Shown: positions 10,111 through 20,458 of the stretch, one piece after another
Layout of the letters: each line of letters begins with the position of its first letter
How positions within the stretch are numbered: position 1 is the first letter of the stretch
From: a virus
IMG/VR virus record: IMGVR_UViG_3300025141_000036
Coordinates: 48,402-112,401 of that record
Direction: 5' to 3' (one strand)
DNA: 64,000 nt
The notes under the pieces: generated by a model
What the model saw: the letters and a program-made list of their open reading frames with translations, nothing else
Databases searched by the model: none
Told to the model about the DNA's origin: nothing
Position numbers and translations under genes: made by a program

Positions 10111-10726
10111 TCGCAACCTTCCTTTTTAATAAACCCACAGCAATGTGAGTAATTTTAGAAATAGAATCTTCAAAATGAAAATTATTATTATTCTTCCCAG
10201 TTTGCCCCGGAAAAATAGAGTCTCCCCTAACAATTATCAACAAATCAGCTAAATCTCTTGCTTTGCAGCTTTCATTTCTTGTAATAACCACCACTTTCAT
10301 TCCAATTTCTTTTGCATATTCTGCTGCTTTAATAACGTTTTTTGAATTTCCTGAACCACTGATTCCGAAGAACACATCACCTGATGATCCTTGATATCTT
10401 AATTGCTCAACAAAAATGTTCTCATATCCCAAATCATTAGAGATGCCTGTTATTGTAGCTACACAATCACACAAATTCACACAATGAAACTTATTCCTAG
10501 GAGCGGATCTGTTTCCTTTGTCCTCAGAGACAAACGGATGCATATTTAAATCTACGACCAGATTGCCCACATAAGCCACATTCCCACCATTTCCACAAGC
10601 AAACACTTTCTTTTCTTTTTCATAAGCTTCAAAGATTATTTTTACAAAAGACTCGATTTCGGTTGATGAAATTGTCTGTATTACTCTTGATGATTCTTTT
10701 TTGTAAACTTCTATTAATTCTTGCAT
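10094..10726 (-). CDS. SIS-domain phosphoheptose isomerase (GmhA-like)
   Basis: ACGNGG, ITGISND, ISGSGNSKNV. Confidence 0.8.
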   Translation of the reverse strand: MQELIEVYKKESSRVIQTISSTEIESFVKIIFEAYEKEKKVFACGNGGNVAYVGNLVVDLNMHPFVSEDKGNRSAPRNKFHCVNLCDCVATITGISNDLGYENIFVEQLRYQGSSGDVFFGISGSGNSKNVIKAAEYAKEIGMKVVVITRNESCKARDLADLLIIVRGDSIFPGQTGKNNNNFHFEDSISKITHIAVGLLKRKVANENIG

Positions 10727-12282
10727 TCTTCATCTCCTTTTAAATGTTTTGATAATAAATATTTTCCTAATAAAAATAAAAAATCTCCGTATTTCCCACC
10801 ATGAAAATCCTCATATAGAGAGCAAATTCCAATATATTGCAAAATACCCAATAACTTTACATTGCTCCAATCTAAATCTCTCTCAACACAAAACATTTCA
10901 AACTCTATCAACAAAAATAATAGATTGCTTTTGACTTTATAAGAAAGAAAAGCTTCTTTGTTTTTAATTTTATAATCATAATGTTTAGATAAAACCATTT
11001 GCCCATTAATCAAGAGAGCATGATATAACTTTCCTAAGTCATAATATGTATCTCCAACCTCCAAACTTTCGCCAAAAGATTCCCTCCAATCGATTAATTG
11101 AAACCGTTGGCCATCATAAATTATGTTTTCTGGTTGGAAATCACCATGAAAATTGCTAGGAATCGCATTCTTATAAATAGATTCCCAGTTTACTCTACTT
11201 AAGGTCTTTTGGATAGGTTCAACTTTTATCCCGTTAATAAATTCTATTTTATCTAACTCACTATCAGAATAAAGACTTATTCTATCGAACAACTTTTCTT
11301 TATACATTTTATTGCAATTGTCGAGAAAACCTTTCGATTTTTCAAAACGCGATGATGAAATCTTATCCATATAAAAATCTAAGACACTCTTCAAAACGTT
11401 CTCATCCAATATCTGGGATAGAGTTTCTCCTTCTATAAACTTATATGAATACATATTATCATTAACCAATTCTACTTCCGGAACGGAATTGTTAAGAAAA
11501 TCTACTCTCAACAGTCTTTTCTTAACCTTTTCGGGATTGTGAAAATATTTTATAACAGTTTCATTTTCAATAAAAATTGTTTCGTCATTTTTGGGAGCAA
11601 CCACTTCTTTATTGTAGACTTTTCGAGTTTCGTCATATGACTTATTATTTCCCGTATCATGCCAAGTAAAAAAGTTTAATCTTATTTCCTTCAAATCATA
11701 AAACCCATGGATAACTTGATATTCATCATTTATAATACTCTTTTCTCTCAAAGAATCCCAGAATGTTTTATAATCATAAACCCCGGCCATTCCGTTATAA
11801 GCCAAATTCCCTATTCCGTAATAAAGCTCATCCAAGTATTCTTCTCCTTTTATTAAACAATATCCCGATGAGGAAGCACTCTCTATTATTGAAGTGCCAA
11901 TCCAATTGTCATCTAGGTAGGAAAATTTTTCGACTTCTTCTACTATAGTATCAGACGAAGTGAAAATAAAAGGGCACCGTAAATGTTTTTCACACTGTAA
12001 CAGACTAAGGCCCGGGCCGGATCCGGGTCCTGAGAAATTTTCTACATGAACATAAGTTATTTTTCTACTTGGAAACACCCTTTTTAGATAAGACTTAACT
12101 TGATAACTCTTAAATCCCAGCGCAATCACAATCTCTATATCTTTACTGAAACTCCTTATTATTTTAGATATCACTGCTCTGTTTTCTATTGGTAACAATG
12201 ATTTGTGCAAACCAGCAACAGTAGTGTTTCTAGACCCCTGGCCTGCTGATAAAATACAAAGTTTGAATTTGCTATTTTTCAT
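10714..12282 (-). CDS. Nucleotidyltransferase fused to choline/aminoglycoside-kinase-like domain
   Basis: ILSAGQGSR...KSLLP N-terminus; HGDFQPENI...IDWR...YDLGKL C-terminus. Confidence 0.8.
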   Translation of the reverse strand: MKNSKFKLCILSAGQGSRNTTVAGLHKSLLPIENRAVISKIIRSFSKDIEIVIALGFKSYQVKSYLKRVFPSRKITYVHVENFSGPGSGPGLSLLQCEKHLRCPFIFTSSDTIVEEVEKFSYLDDNWIGTSIIESASSSGYCLIKGEEYLDELYYGIGNLAYNGMAGVYDYKTFWDSLREKSIINDEYQVIHGFYDLKEIRLNFFTWHDTGNNKSYDETRKVYNKEVVAPKNDETIFIENETVIKYFHNPEKVKKRLLRVDFLNNSVPEVELVNDNMYSYKFIEGETLSQILDENVLKSVLDFYMDKISSSRFEKSKGFLDNCNKMYKEKLFDRISLYSDSELDKIEFINGIKVEPIQKTLSRVNWESIYKNAIPSNFHGDFQPENIIYDGQRFQLIDWRESFGESLEVGDTYYDLGKLYHALLINGQMVLSKHYDYKIKNKEAFLSYKVKSNLLFLLIEFEMFCVERDLDWSNVKLLGILQYIGICSLYEDFHGGKYGDFLFLLGKYLLSKHLKGDEECKN

Positions 12283-12300
12283 TTAATTCTCGTTTTATAT

Positions 12301-12329
12301 ATTATAACACATTCTTCGTCCCCTGTCAA
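12301..12329 (-). promoter_or_regulatory. Sigma70-type promoter
   Basis: TTGACA-N17-TATAAT perfect consensus. Confidence 0.85.
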
Positions 12330-12336
12330 AAAAAAA

Positions 12337-12810
12337 TTAATTTTTATGCTCGATATCTATTTTTCCAGATTTTCTATTTGTATCATCTTGATATCTAATG
12401 ACATCATTAAGATGAGGAGTGGAAACCTCCAAAGCAGTATAGGATTCTCTAGCTATGACTCTATGTTTTCTATTGAGAGGGACTGTCCACCCTGATCCTG
12501 CTTTATAAATCTTGGATTCCATAACCCCTTCATCATTTTCCAAAAGAACCTCTGCTTCTCCTTCAATCACATAGTTTGCTTCAATCTTATATTCATGAGA
12601 TTGTAAACTACATCTATTACCTTTTTTCATATGAATCAGCTTAAAAGCATAAAACTCATTTAATTCCAACCATAGTTCATAGCCCCATGGCTTTACTACT
12701 TTATAATCGCTTACTGATAGGTTATCCGGCTTGCTGTTATCAATCGTATCTTTGTACTCCTCTAGTGCTTGCTTTATAAACAAATCTTTAATGTGATCAA
12801 ATTTTGACAT
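12337..12810 (-). CDS. Cupin (mannose-6-phosphate isomerase-like)
   Basis: VKPWGYE, SLQSH..K.E, KHRV. Confidence 0.8.
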   Translation of the reverse strand: MSKFDHIKDLFIKQALEEYKDTIDNSKPDNLSVSDYKVVKPWGYELWLELNEFYAFKLIHMKKGNRCSLQSHEYKIEANYVIEGEAEVLLENDEGVMESKIYKAGSGWTVPLNRKHRVIARESYTALEVSTPHLNDVIRYQDDTNRKSGKIDIEHKN

Positions 12811-13162
12811 CTTTAATTCCTTGGTTTCTTTTTAAATTTATTGCATATGCATAATCTTTATCCCCTGAGGGCTTTCTATCATTTATAATATATCTTTTTC
12901 CTCCGCCAATGCCCATAACTAATTGGTCATAGATAATGCCGGCTTTTGACAATTGTTTTTCTGTTTGCTTTCTCATACTCTCTCTACGACCAGTAGTGAG
13001 AATAATGTTGTAGCCTCGGCGGTCCCACTCTTCTAGTTTTTCTAGTGTTCCGTTTAAAATTTCCATTTTATTATCTTGTCGACAAGATAAAAAGGGTGAC
13101 TGATGTTTTACTAACGTGCCATCTATATCACAAAAAATAGTGGCTGGTCTCTTTTCATTCAT
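12797..13162 (-). CDS. HAD-like phosphatase (capsule-biosynthesis type)
   Basis: FCDIDGTL, LTTGR, YIINDRKP. Confidence 0.75.
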   Translation of the reverse strand: MNEKRPATIFCDIDGTLVKHQSPFLSCRQDNKMEILNGTLEKLEEWDRRGYNIILTTGRRESMRKQTEKQLSKAGIIYDQLVMGIGGGKRYIINDRKPSGDKDYAYAINLKRNQGIKDVKI

Positions 13163-14280
13163 AATATAAACCTTGTACTTGGGTTAATGTTCTCCAAGAT
13201 ATCTTTCTTTATCTCTTCTGTATACATTGCTGCCTTAAGAACAACAATGGGGTTAACAACATCTTTTAGAATCTGTGGAGACCGGACAAACAAGTTTGTT
13301 CCATAAAGTCTCTGGTTTATTTTCGCAGGGTCGTTATCCAATATGAAAGAAAAGTTTTCCTCTTTCAAACCAAACTTCAACAAAGATTGGGTAAAAATGT
13401 GAGCACCAAAAATAAATGTGTTACTCTTATTTTCCAGTTGGTTTTCAATTTTCTTCACTTCTGCATTGTAATAATTCATAAAATCATCCAAATAAGACGA
13501 ATCTTGTTTATAAACCTTATCGGCTGCAACAGACGAAGATTTGATCGCTGAAACGAAAACACAGTGGTTGCTAAAGTCTTTTTCTTCTACAACTTCAAGG
13601 CCAGAGTAATGTAAAATTTCTCTTAACAACTCTTTTGTTAAACCATAGGTGTGTTCAAAATTCATCGCATTTGTGAAACCATCTTTCATCATCTCATCAA
13701 TTATGGGTGCCGAAATGAACATCATTTTTCCTTCTTCTAAAAGCTCTGTCATCACTTTAATCTCGTTCATAGGATCATAGAGGTGCTCTATAACATGAGA
13801 ATGAATGATTGCGTCGGGTTTTTCTTTTACAGAATTCTTATCAAAAAATTGTTCTTTTAAAATAATCTTATCTGTTGGCTTATTACCATAACAACTCAGG
13901 TTAGTGTCATAAACCGTTATAGATTCAATCTTCTGGTTTTTCTCAAGGTGCTTAGCTAAAACTAGTTGTGCGCCACCAATCTCTACAAGATTACCTGATG
14001 CACTAATATTGATGAAGTCTGCAAATTCTTTGTGGTGGCGATTCCAAATTTTACCAAAAGAACTGTTATGAGCATCTTTATATAAAATTTCCAACGGAAC
14101 TAATTTTGTTAATTGTGCTGTTTTACACTCAGAACATTTTGCAAAATTCAAATCTAGTGTCAAATCGGATTCTCTGTTTTGAGTTGTAGTTCCCATATAG
14201 ATAGGAAAATCTTTTATAGAATAAGCATCTACTAAAGGAGACGAGCAATAAACACATTCGCTTCGCAGGACATATTTCAT
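13159..14280 (-). CDS. SAM-dependent sugar C-methyltransferase-like protein
   Basis: CxxC...CxxC, VEIGG, HVIEH, FEH, FGA, DNDP.K. Confidence 0.75.
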   Translation of the reverse strand: MKYVLRSECVYCSSPLVDAYSIKDFPIYMGTTTQNRESDLTLDLNFAKCSECKTAQLTKLVPLEILYKDAHNSSFGKIWNRHHKEFADFINISASGNLVEIGGAQLVLAKHLEKNQKIESITVYDTNLSCYGNKPTDKIILKEQFFDKNSVKEKPDAIIHSHVIEHLYDPMNEIKVMTELLEEGKMMFISAPIIDEMMKDGFTNAMNFEHTYGLTKELLREILHYSGLEVVEEKDFSNHCVFVSAIKSSSVAADKVYKQDSSYLDDFMNYYNAEVKKIENQLENKSNTFIFGAHIFTQSLLKFGLKEENFSFILDNDPAKINQRLYGTNLFVRSPQILKDVVNPIVVLKAAMYTEEIKKDILENINPSTRFIL

Positions 14281-15014
14281 TTATCGCTCCACACACAAAT
14301 TTTATTAATAGTTGGTTCATTTCGTAAATAACCGCGGGTCTTTCCTGCTTCTCCCAACAAATAATGATTAAGTGTTGATCCTATGTCGATGTAAGTATTT
14401 TGTGAATTAAACTCAAACAACTGATGGGCTAAAATGTTACCAAACGGTCCGGCACAAAAAAGGAACAAATTATCTTTTATTTCCTCTGTTGTTATGAAAT
14501 CTTTCACCTCCGATATTAATTCATTATTATCTACCCATGCATTCTTTCCAATCTGAAAATGTTTCGAGACATCAAACGGAAGACTATCCAAATTAGATGC
14601 CGAGTTTGAAACCAAAACCACCTCAAACTCTGAATAATGTGGAACCATCTTATCTAAATAATGCTTATGATTTCCATTAACAAAAAGATTGGCCCAAGTT
14701 AAATTTGTTAATTCTTGCCCCGATTGTTTTTTTAGCCAATTATGAACAGTTAACCCCCCAATACAACAAGGACATGAGATTCCTACGAAATAATTTTCAT
14801 TCTTAAATCTAAATGACTCTATCATTTGTTTTCGAAACTCTTGATTCTCTTTTGGATTAAACCAAAACTCACCATTATTAATTGGCTTATTTGATAGGAT
14901 GTGTAATTCTCCATCAGCATATTTAGAAAAAGAAAATGGCTCTTTGGTTTTTAACTTATCAATCAATATTTTTAAATCTTCCCTAAAACTTTTATTCTCT
15001 GTTTTAAATTTCAT
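14277..15014 (-). CDS. Putative GT-D-fold-like glycosyltransferase
   Basis: FSFSKYADGE, FCAGP, IDIGS. Confidence 0.55.
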   Translation of the reverse strand: MKFKTENKSFREDLKILIDKLKTKEPFSFSKYADGELHILSNKPINNGEFWFNPKENQEFRKQMIESFRFKNENYFVGISCPCCIGGLTVHNWLKKQSGQELTNLTWANLFVNGNHKHYLDKMVPHYSEFEVVLVSNSASNLDSLPFDVSKHFQIGKNAWVDNNELISEVKDFITTEEIKDNLFLFCAGPFGNILAHQLFEFNSQNTYIDIGSTLNHYLLGEAGKTRGYLRNEPTINKICVWSDK

Positions 15015-15016
15015 AA

Positions 15017-15796
15017 TTATTCTTCCTTCCATTTTGGATAAGGTTTATTACAGGCTTTCTTAAACTTGACCTTGAAGTCATCGGGCCATTCTTTATTGAT
15101 AACTCCATCTTTTGGCACCCTCGGCGGTAAATAAATATTTAATCTATTTTCTCTACAATATTTAAAAATTTGATATACCTTGTAAGAATCAGTCCCTTTG
15201 GAAATTCGAACATCCCATAGTTTGTTTTGCGATGGCTCACAATCTCCAAGCAACACCTCCCTTAATGCCTCAACAGTTAAGGAGTCAGCCTCTCGGACAA
15301 AACCCTGCTCGGTTGTATAGGGTGTGTATGTAAATTTTTTTGTTTTTAATATCTCGCCACTATCCACCCTATTTTCAATTCTCATGATCGAAACTCCCCA
15401 TTCGCAGGATTCCAACATTCTTCCCCAGACTAACGAGGCGCCGCCTTGAACATCTGGGAGTATCGCTCCATGGTTACCAATTACTTCGAATTTTGATGTG
15501 ATTGATTTAGGAACTATCCTAGAATCACCTAAAGTTATAATCAAATCAATTTTGTTTCTCTCACAAAACTCTAGGCAATTTTGCCATTCGCTTGTTTTAT
15601 CTAGGACTATTTTATTTTCTTCACAAAAACTATCTAACTTAACAGAGTTCACTTTACTGTTTAGTTTATCATCAGGGAGACCAAAAACATATAGGATCTC
15701 GAACTTGCCTAGATCACTTATCATCTTCATACTCTCTAAAGTTAGTTTTGTGTTTCCGGTAATTGCTACCTTAATGACATGATTGTTTTGAACCAT
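15017..15796 (-). CDS. Formyltransferase-family protein (probably sugar N-formyltransferase)
   Basis: GNHGAILP..QGGA.L.W, VDSGEI. Confidence 0.7.
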   Translation of the reverse strand: MVQNNHVIKVAITGNTKLTLESMKMISDLGKFEILYVFGLPDDKLNSKVNSVKLDSFCEENKIVLDKTSEWQNCLEFCERNKIDLIITLGDSRIVPKSITSKFEVIGNHGAILPDVQGGASLVWGRMLESCEWGVSIMRIENRVDSGEILKTKKFTYTPYTTEQGFVREADSLTVEALREVLLGDCEPSQNKLWDVRISKGTDSYKVYQIFKYCRENRLNIYLPPRVPKDGVINKEWPDDFKVKFKKACNKPYPKWKEE

Positions 15797-16320
15797 CGTT
15801 TGGCGATCTCCTTATATCCTTCATGTGTAAAGTGGACTCCATCTATCAGGTGGGATTCTAAATCTGACATATCTGCTACTATAAAGTTCATTTCTTTCGA
15901 TAATTTTGCAATCACCCTATTGTATTTTACAACATATTCTCTATTGGACATATAGTATGGACTAAACTTTAGATCTGGGAGAGTCGCAACAATGGGCATT
16001 TTACCATTAACTCTTATTGAATTGATTATTTGTTTTAAATTATCTTCATAAATTTCAAGGGGTGTTGGTTTCTTAGTATCGTTTGTACCAATCATAAGTA
16101 GAGAAATTTTTGCACCTGGATTGGCTTTAAGTTGATGCCATGATCTTCTTAATAAATCTGAGCTTGTTTCTCCGTTCACACCATAGTTGTGGCAAATATA
16201 AAATTCCCCAGTTTCTTTTGATAGCATACTACCTAACTCAGTAGGGTAAGATCTACCATATCTATCTCTTGCTCCATAGGTGAGGGAATCCCCCAAACAC
16301 ACTATTTCATTCCAAATCAT
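15766..16320 (-). CDS. SGNH/GDSL hydrolase
   Basis: LGDSLTYG, GTND, DGVH. Confidence 0.88.
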   Translation of the reverse strand: MIWNEIVCLGDSLTYGARDRYGRSYPTELGSMLSKETGEFYICHNYGVNGETSSDLLRRSWHQLKANPGAKISLLMIGTNDTKKPTPLEIYEDNLKQIINSIRVNGKMPIVATLPDLKFSPYYMSNREYVVKYNRVIAKLSKEMNFIVADMSDLESHLIDGVHFTHEGYKEIAKRWFKTIMSLR

Positions 16321-17887
16321 TTTTTCTCCTATAAATTGGCTTCCAGCCATTCATTATGGCATTCTTAACACACGCATCTCTTTGAGCATAAAACACTCCA
16401 TGGTTTCTCGCCCTAGATGTTGCCTTTTCATCTACTCCCAGTTTGTATCCGTCCAGAGAACTGTGCAGAGACAAGTCCTCGGCAGGATGTGGAGGGCACA
16501 ACGTTTTTATTCCACCATACTTCTGGGCGCAATATGAAAATTGAATATCTTCTCCATTATGCCAGGTAAATGGCTTCTCCATCCACAAATATTTAAGCCA
16601 TTCAGTTTCGAAAAACCACGCATGACCTCCTAAATCAACTTCTATCACTTCTTCGTTCTGTGTTGTCCATCCAACTAGTGTTCTACCAACATATTTATCA
16701 CTGGTTATACTTATGCCGTTGCCGACCAGGATGCCTCTATGATTTTCCATTGTTTTTAGACAATTTTCAAGCCACCGGGCTCCGGGAATGGTATCATCAT
16801 CAAACATAGCAATGTATTTACTATCGCTCAAAAGTGCACCAGCGAAGCGGCCATAAAATTTCCAATTGTAATCATTCCGAATAACTCGATCAACATTAAA
16901 TTGAGAAAAATCTATATTAGCATTATCTTCATGGTGATTAACCCAGATCCAAATATCTTTCACTGGGGTCGATTGGTTTCTTATTGCATTTATTTGTTTT
17001 TCCAAATATTCTGGTCTTCTATAGCAATTAAGAATAACTGTTATTGAATCGTCTCTCAGTAATTCTTCAAACGTGTTTACAGCATCAGAAACCTTGTTTC
17101 TAAGCGTTTCAATCAACTCAGGGCCCGATTGGTCAAACCAAGACTCAGAAGCTGCTCCGATAAGGTTTTTGCTCGTTAAAACCTTACACCCTAACATCTT
17201 AGCTTCAACCACAACACGAGATAATGTTTCTAGGACCTGAGGGATGAAAATAAAGTATTCATACTCGGCCATTTTTTGCAACAATTCTTTTTCCGGGAGA
17301 GGGCCAATTAATTCATAATCTAAATTTTTCTGCTTGCAATAAGAAACCGCTTGACTTGTTCCCTTAATTGGATTAGGAGAGTTTATTATGCAATATTTTC
17401 CATTCTTATTTTGAATATCAATCTCGGAAATAAAGTCAAATTTGTCCTTTGACCACAATGAACAACCAATGCTAATAACATTATTAATATTTAAATTTTG
17501 TTCCATTACTGTTTTACAAATCTCACTCAAAACAACAACGGCTTTTGCATTCCTATAAAACTCCGCATTGATCAACTGATCACGAGGAACCTTAAAGTTA
17601 GCAAAAGCCGCAGGGTTTCTGTTTTTAATGTATTTATGATCGTGTTCATAAATAATGTAATCTTTTAACATTATAATTTGCTTATGTCTTGCAGAAAGAG
17701 AAACAAAGTTGGAAACAATAAGCATTTCCGAATCAATAATAATCTCATCTGTGAGATCAGAACACTTAAGCTTTCTTACTTCAATTCCTTTAGAAACCAA
17801 CGAATTGATTAAAACAGAGTCATTAAGCTCTGCTCCGCCCGTTAAATCATCACTAAAAAAATCTGCAAGAAAAACTATTGGTTTCAT
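16307..17887 (-). CDS. Two-domain glycosyltransferase (GT-B-like + GT2)
   Basis: GGAE..., ETLSRVVVEAK; ITVILNCYRRP, FDDD. Confidence 0.75.
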   Translation of the reverse strand: MKPIVFLADFFSDDLTGGAELNDSVLINSLVSKGIEVRKLKCSDLTDEIIIDSEMLIVSNFVSLSARHKQIIMLKDYIIYEHDHKYIKNRNPAAFANFKVPRDQLINAEFYRNAKAVVVLSEICKTVMEQNLNINNVISIGCSLWSKDKFDFISEIDIQNKNGKYCIINSPNPIKGTSQAVSYCKQKNLDYELIGPLPEKELLQKMAEYEYFIFIPQVLETLSRVVVEAKMLGCKVLTSKNLIGAASESWFDQSGPELIETLRNKVSDAVNTFEELLRDDSITVILNCYRRPEYLEKQINAIRNQSTPVKDIWIWVNHHEDNANIDFSQFNVDRVIRNDYNWKFYGRFAGALLSDSKYIAMFDDDTIPGARWLENCLKTMENHRGILVGNGISITSDKYVGRTLVGWTTQNEEVIEVDLGGHAWFFETEWLKYLWMEKPFTWHNGEDIQFSYCAQKYGGIKTLCPPHPAEDLSLHSSLDGYKLGVDEKATSRARNHGVFYAQRDACVKNAIMNGWKPIYRRKNDLE

Positions 17888-19122
17888 ACTAAGTCAATCT
17901 CCGATAAAGCCTCTTGCCATTCCAACTCTTCACCGGTTGGGGCATAAATAGCATCGCAAAAACCTTTGTAAAGCTTTTCTTCATTAAAATTTTCATTAAT
18001 TAATGATTGAAGTTCTACTGCTGTTTCTTTGGCATTATCCCACTCCTTGAAGGTTTTTCTCAAAGTCATTTTGTAGGAACCTTGGGCTGCAAATGCCCAC
18101 ATAGATTCCTTTTGAATAACTCCTTCCCAGACAGCTTCTTTTTGAACTGGTCTTAGGGAGTATTCCACTTTTTGATAATAGTCTTTCTTGTCATGAACCA
18201 AAAAGTCCAAATGACCTGACCAACCAACAGCAATGACCGGCAAACCTTCTCGAGCTGCTTCAAATAGTGGAAGACCGAAGCCTTCTCCATGAGCTATGTT
18301 GACAATCGCCTTCACTTTCGAATGAGAATATAATTCCGTCATTTGACCAGCAGACAAATCTCCATGAAGCAAATGAACTTTACATTTTCTATCAGGATAT
18401 CTAGCCAAAGCTTGACTTATAGCTTTTTCCGTCATTTCCAAATCTATTCTAGAATTACCTGCTGTATTGCATTTTATTATTAACCCGACCTCTTGGTCTA
18501 TAAACTCTTCTACCCACCAATTTATAGCATTTCCAAAGTTTTTTCTTGGGCTAATTTGAGAACACATCAGGAAATTGAAGTCACACGGTGGTTCAAAACC
18601 GGGAATAGATTCCGCTTCTTCGCGCGGTGTTGTCTCCCAGACTACTTCTACAGGGGTTTCCAGGGTATAGGGAAACTTCTTACCCGTGGGGTCTTGGGCC
18701 TCGACTGTTGTATTTTCATAGGTGGTTTTCGCATGACTGGAGACTACTAAGATTTTGTCTACCTCCTCGTTTCCTTTTTGTAGCCACGATGGTGCCACTT
18801 TTGTAGTTTCAATCCCTGCTGTATAGCCAAAATTAACAGGACACAATTTCTGAAATTCATTAGGGATTGTGATTTGCAAACTCATATCTGGTTTCAATTG
18901 TTCCTGTTGGAGTAGAATTTGCGTATGTGCTATTCTCGAATCCATCCATTGACGAAATTCGTTGTCTTGCCAAATCCAACCAGTGTGACCCCATGGAATT
19001 GGTTGAACATAAATTTCAAATAAGTCTTCACGAGACCTCAAGGCTCTTAGGGCAAATCGAGACTGTTCTCCGTAGCCAGACTGACTCAGACACGGTGCTC
19101 TTACAAAAATCTTTTTTCTCAT
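17884..19122 (-). CDS. Glycosyltransferase family 4
   Basis: SGYG, RKN, GEGFGLPLFEA. Confidence 0.85.
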   Translation of the reverse strand: MRKKIFVRAPCLSQSGYGEQSRFALRALRSREDLFEIYVQPIPWGHTGWIWQDNEFRQWMDSRIAHTQILLQQEQLKPDMSLQITIPNEFQKLCPVNFGYTAGIETTKVAPSWLQKGNEEVDKILVVSSHAKTTYENTTVEAQDPTGKKFPYTLETPVEVVWETTPREEAESIPGFEPPCDFNFLMCSQISPRKNFGNAINWWVEEFIDQEVGLIIKCNTAGNSRIDLEMTEKAISQALARYPDRKCKVHLLHGDLSAGQMTELYSHSKVKAIVNIAHGEGFGLPLFEAAREGLPVIAVGWSGHLDFLVHDKKDYYQKVEYSLRPVQKEAVWEGVIQKESMWAFAAQGSYKMTLRKTFKEWDNAKETAVELQSLINENFNEEKLYKGFCDAIYAPTGEELEWQEALSEIDLV

Positions 19123-20390
19123 GCGACCTCCTTAAAAATGATTCTATTCGCAGTTTTTCGAGTTTCCCAAGACCCTTCTTCTTTATGGATCTTAAGCATC
19201 AACTCCACCCATTGGGTGTTAAAATTTTCAAAATTATAATTCTTTACAACGTGCTCTCTGCCTTTGGCGCCAAGCTTCTTTCTTCCTTCGGGCCCCAGGT
19301 CATACATGTTGCTCAGGGCTGATAAGACATGGGATTTACTAACCCTATCTTCATAAATATAAGGCACATCTTGGGATCCGATAACCGATTTTGATGTCGG
19401 AAAAATCGGGAAGCCAAATGTATCATCCGGGGAGATTACTTGCTCTTGTAAGCCGCCAGTTACTGTCGCGATAATGGGAACTCCACAAGAAAGAGACTCC
19501 AGAGTAGATAATCCAAACCCCTCTGCGTCTGATATATTAATTGTGGCATCAGCCATCATATAATAAAATGGCATTGTCTGCTTAGGAACCTTTTGAGTCG
19601 AGAAAACTATCTGCCCTTCTGTCATTCCTAAATGTTCTGCTATGTGGACCAGATCTTGCCCGTGAGCGTCCTTAGGGGCAGTGTGCATTACAAGCATTGC
19701 TTTATCATGCAAATCTCGCTCATCTAGCCATTCTTTCCACCACCATACAAGAGTTCCAGATTGTTTACGACGGGCGTTTCTATTATTCCAGAAAACGACA
19801 AATTTCTCCCTATCCTTCTCATCGAAATTCTCTTCTCTGAGTTTTTTCTTTTCTTCGTCTGTAACTATTCGAAAAAGAGTGTTATCTACTGCATGTGGCA
19901 GATAAGTACAAGGGACGTCAGGAGCCACTTTACGAACTATGTCATCAGTTAATTTTGATATCGTCATGATGTGGTCATTCGACTCATAAAACTTCTTATT
20001 AAACATAGGATAAGGATAGTTATCCCAAACGTGATAATAAACCAAGGGACAAAGGGGACGGATCTCGTTTTCCATTTTCCACAACCATCCCCAAAATCTA
20101 GGGTCTGTCATAATCCAAACAATATCTGGTTTCTCATTGCGAAGTACCGATCTCAGCATATCTTCGGTTCCATAGCCATCGACAGGGATAACTCTCCAAT
20201 CTTCTCCAAACTCTTCCACCTTTACGGGAGTATAATCATGATGTTTGATTGCACCCCCTAAAGACAAAATGGAAAACTTTCCACTCCTCAAGAGAGCTTC
20301 ACAAACATATTTGGTTTGGGTTCCAACTCCTGATGGACTTAGGGGGTGATCCCCTAAGGTTAAAACTTTAATTTTCTTAGACATACGCAT
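19119..20390 (-). CDS. Glycosyltransferase family 4
   Basis: PSGVG, NRNARRK, EGFGLSTLES. Confidence 0.85.
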   Translation of the reverse strand: MRMSKKIKVLTLGDHPLSPSGVGTQTKYVCEALLRSGKFSILSLGGAIKHHDYTPVKVEEFGEDWRVIPVDGYGTEDMLRSVLRNEKPDIVWIMTDPRFWGWLWKMENEIRPLCPLVYYHVWDNYPYPMFNKKFYESNDHIMTISKLTDDIVRKVAPDVPCTYLPHAVDNTLFRIVTDEEKKKLREENFDEKDREKFVVFWNNRNARRKQSGTLVWWWKEWLDERDLHDKAMLVMHTAPKDAHGQDLVHIAEHLGMTEGQIVFSTQKVPKQTMPFYYMMADATINISDAEGFGLSTLESLSCGVPIIATVTGGLQEQVISPDDTFGFPIFPTSKSVIGSQDVPYIYEDRVSKSHVLSALSNMYDLGPEGRKKLGAKGREHVVKNYNFENFNTQWVELMLKIHKEEGSWETRKTANRIIFKEVA

Positions 20391-20410
20391 CCTTATGTTG
20401 TTTTACCTAT

Positions 20411-20439
20411 AATATAACACACACAAATTCACTTGTCAA
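20411..20439 (-). promoter_or_regulatory. Sigma70-type promoter for glycosylation cluster
   Basis: TTGACA-N17-TATATT. Confidence 0.8.
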
Positions 20440-20458
20440 GAAAAAAAGTTGACTTTTT

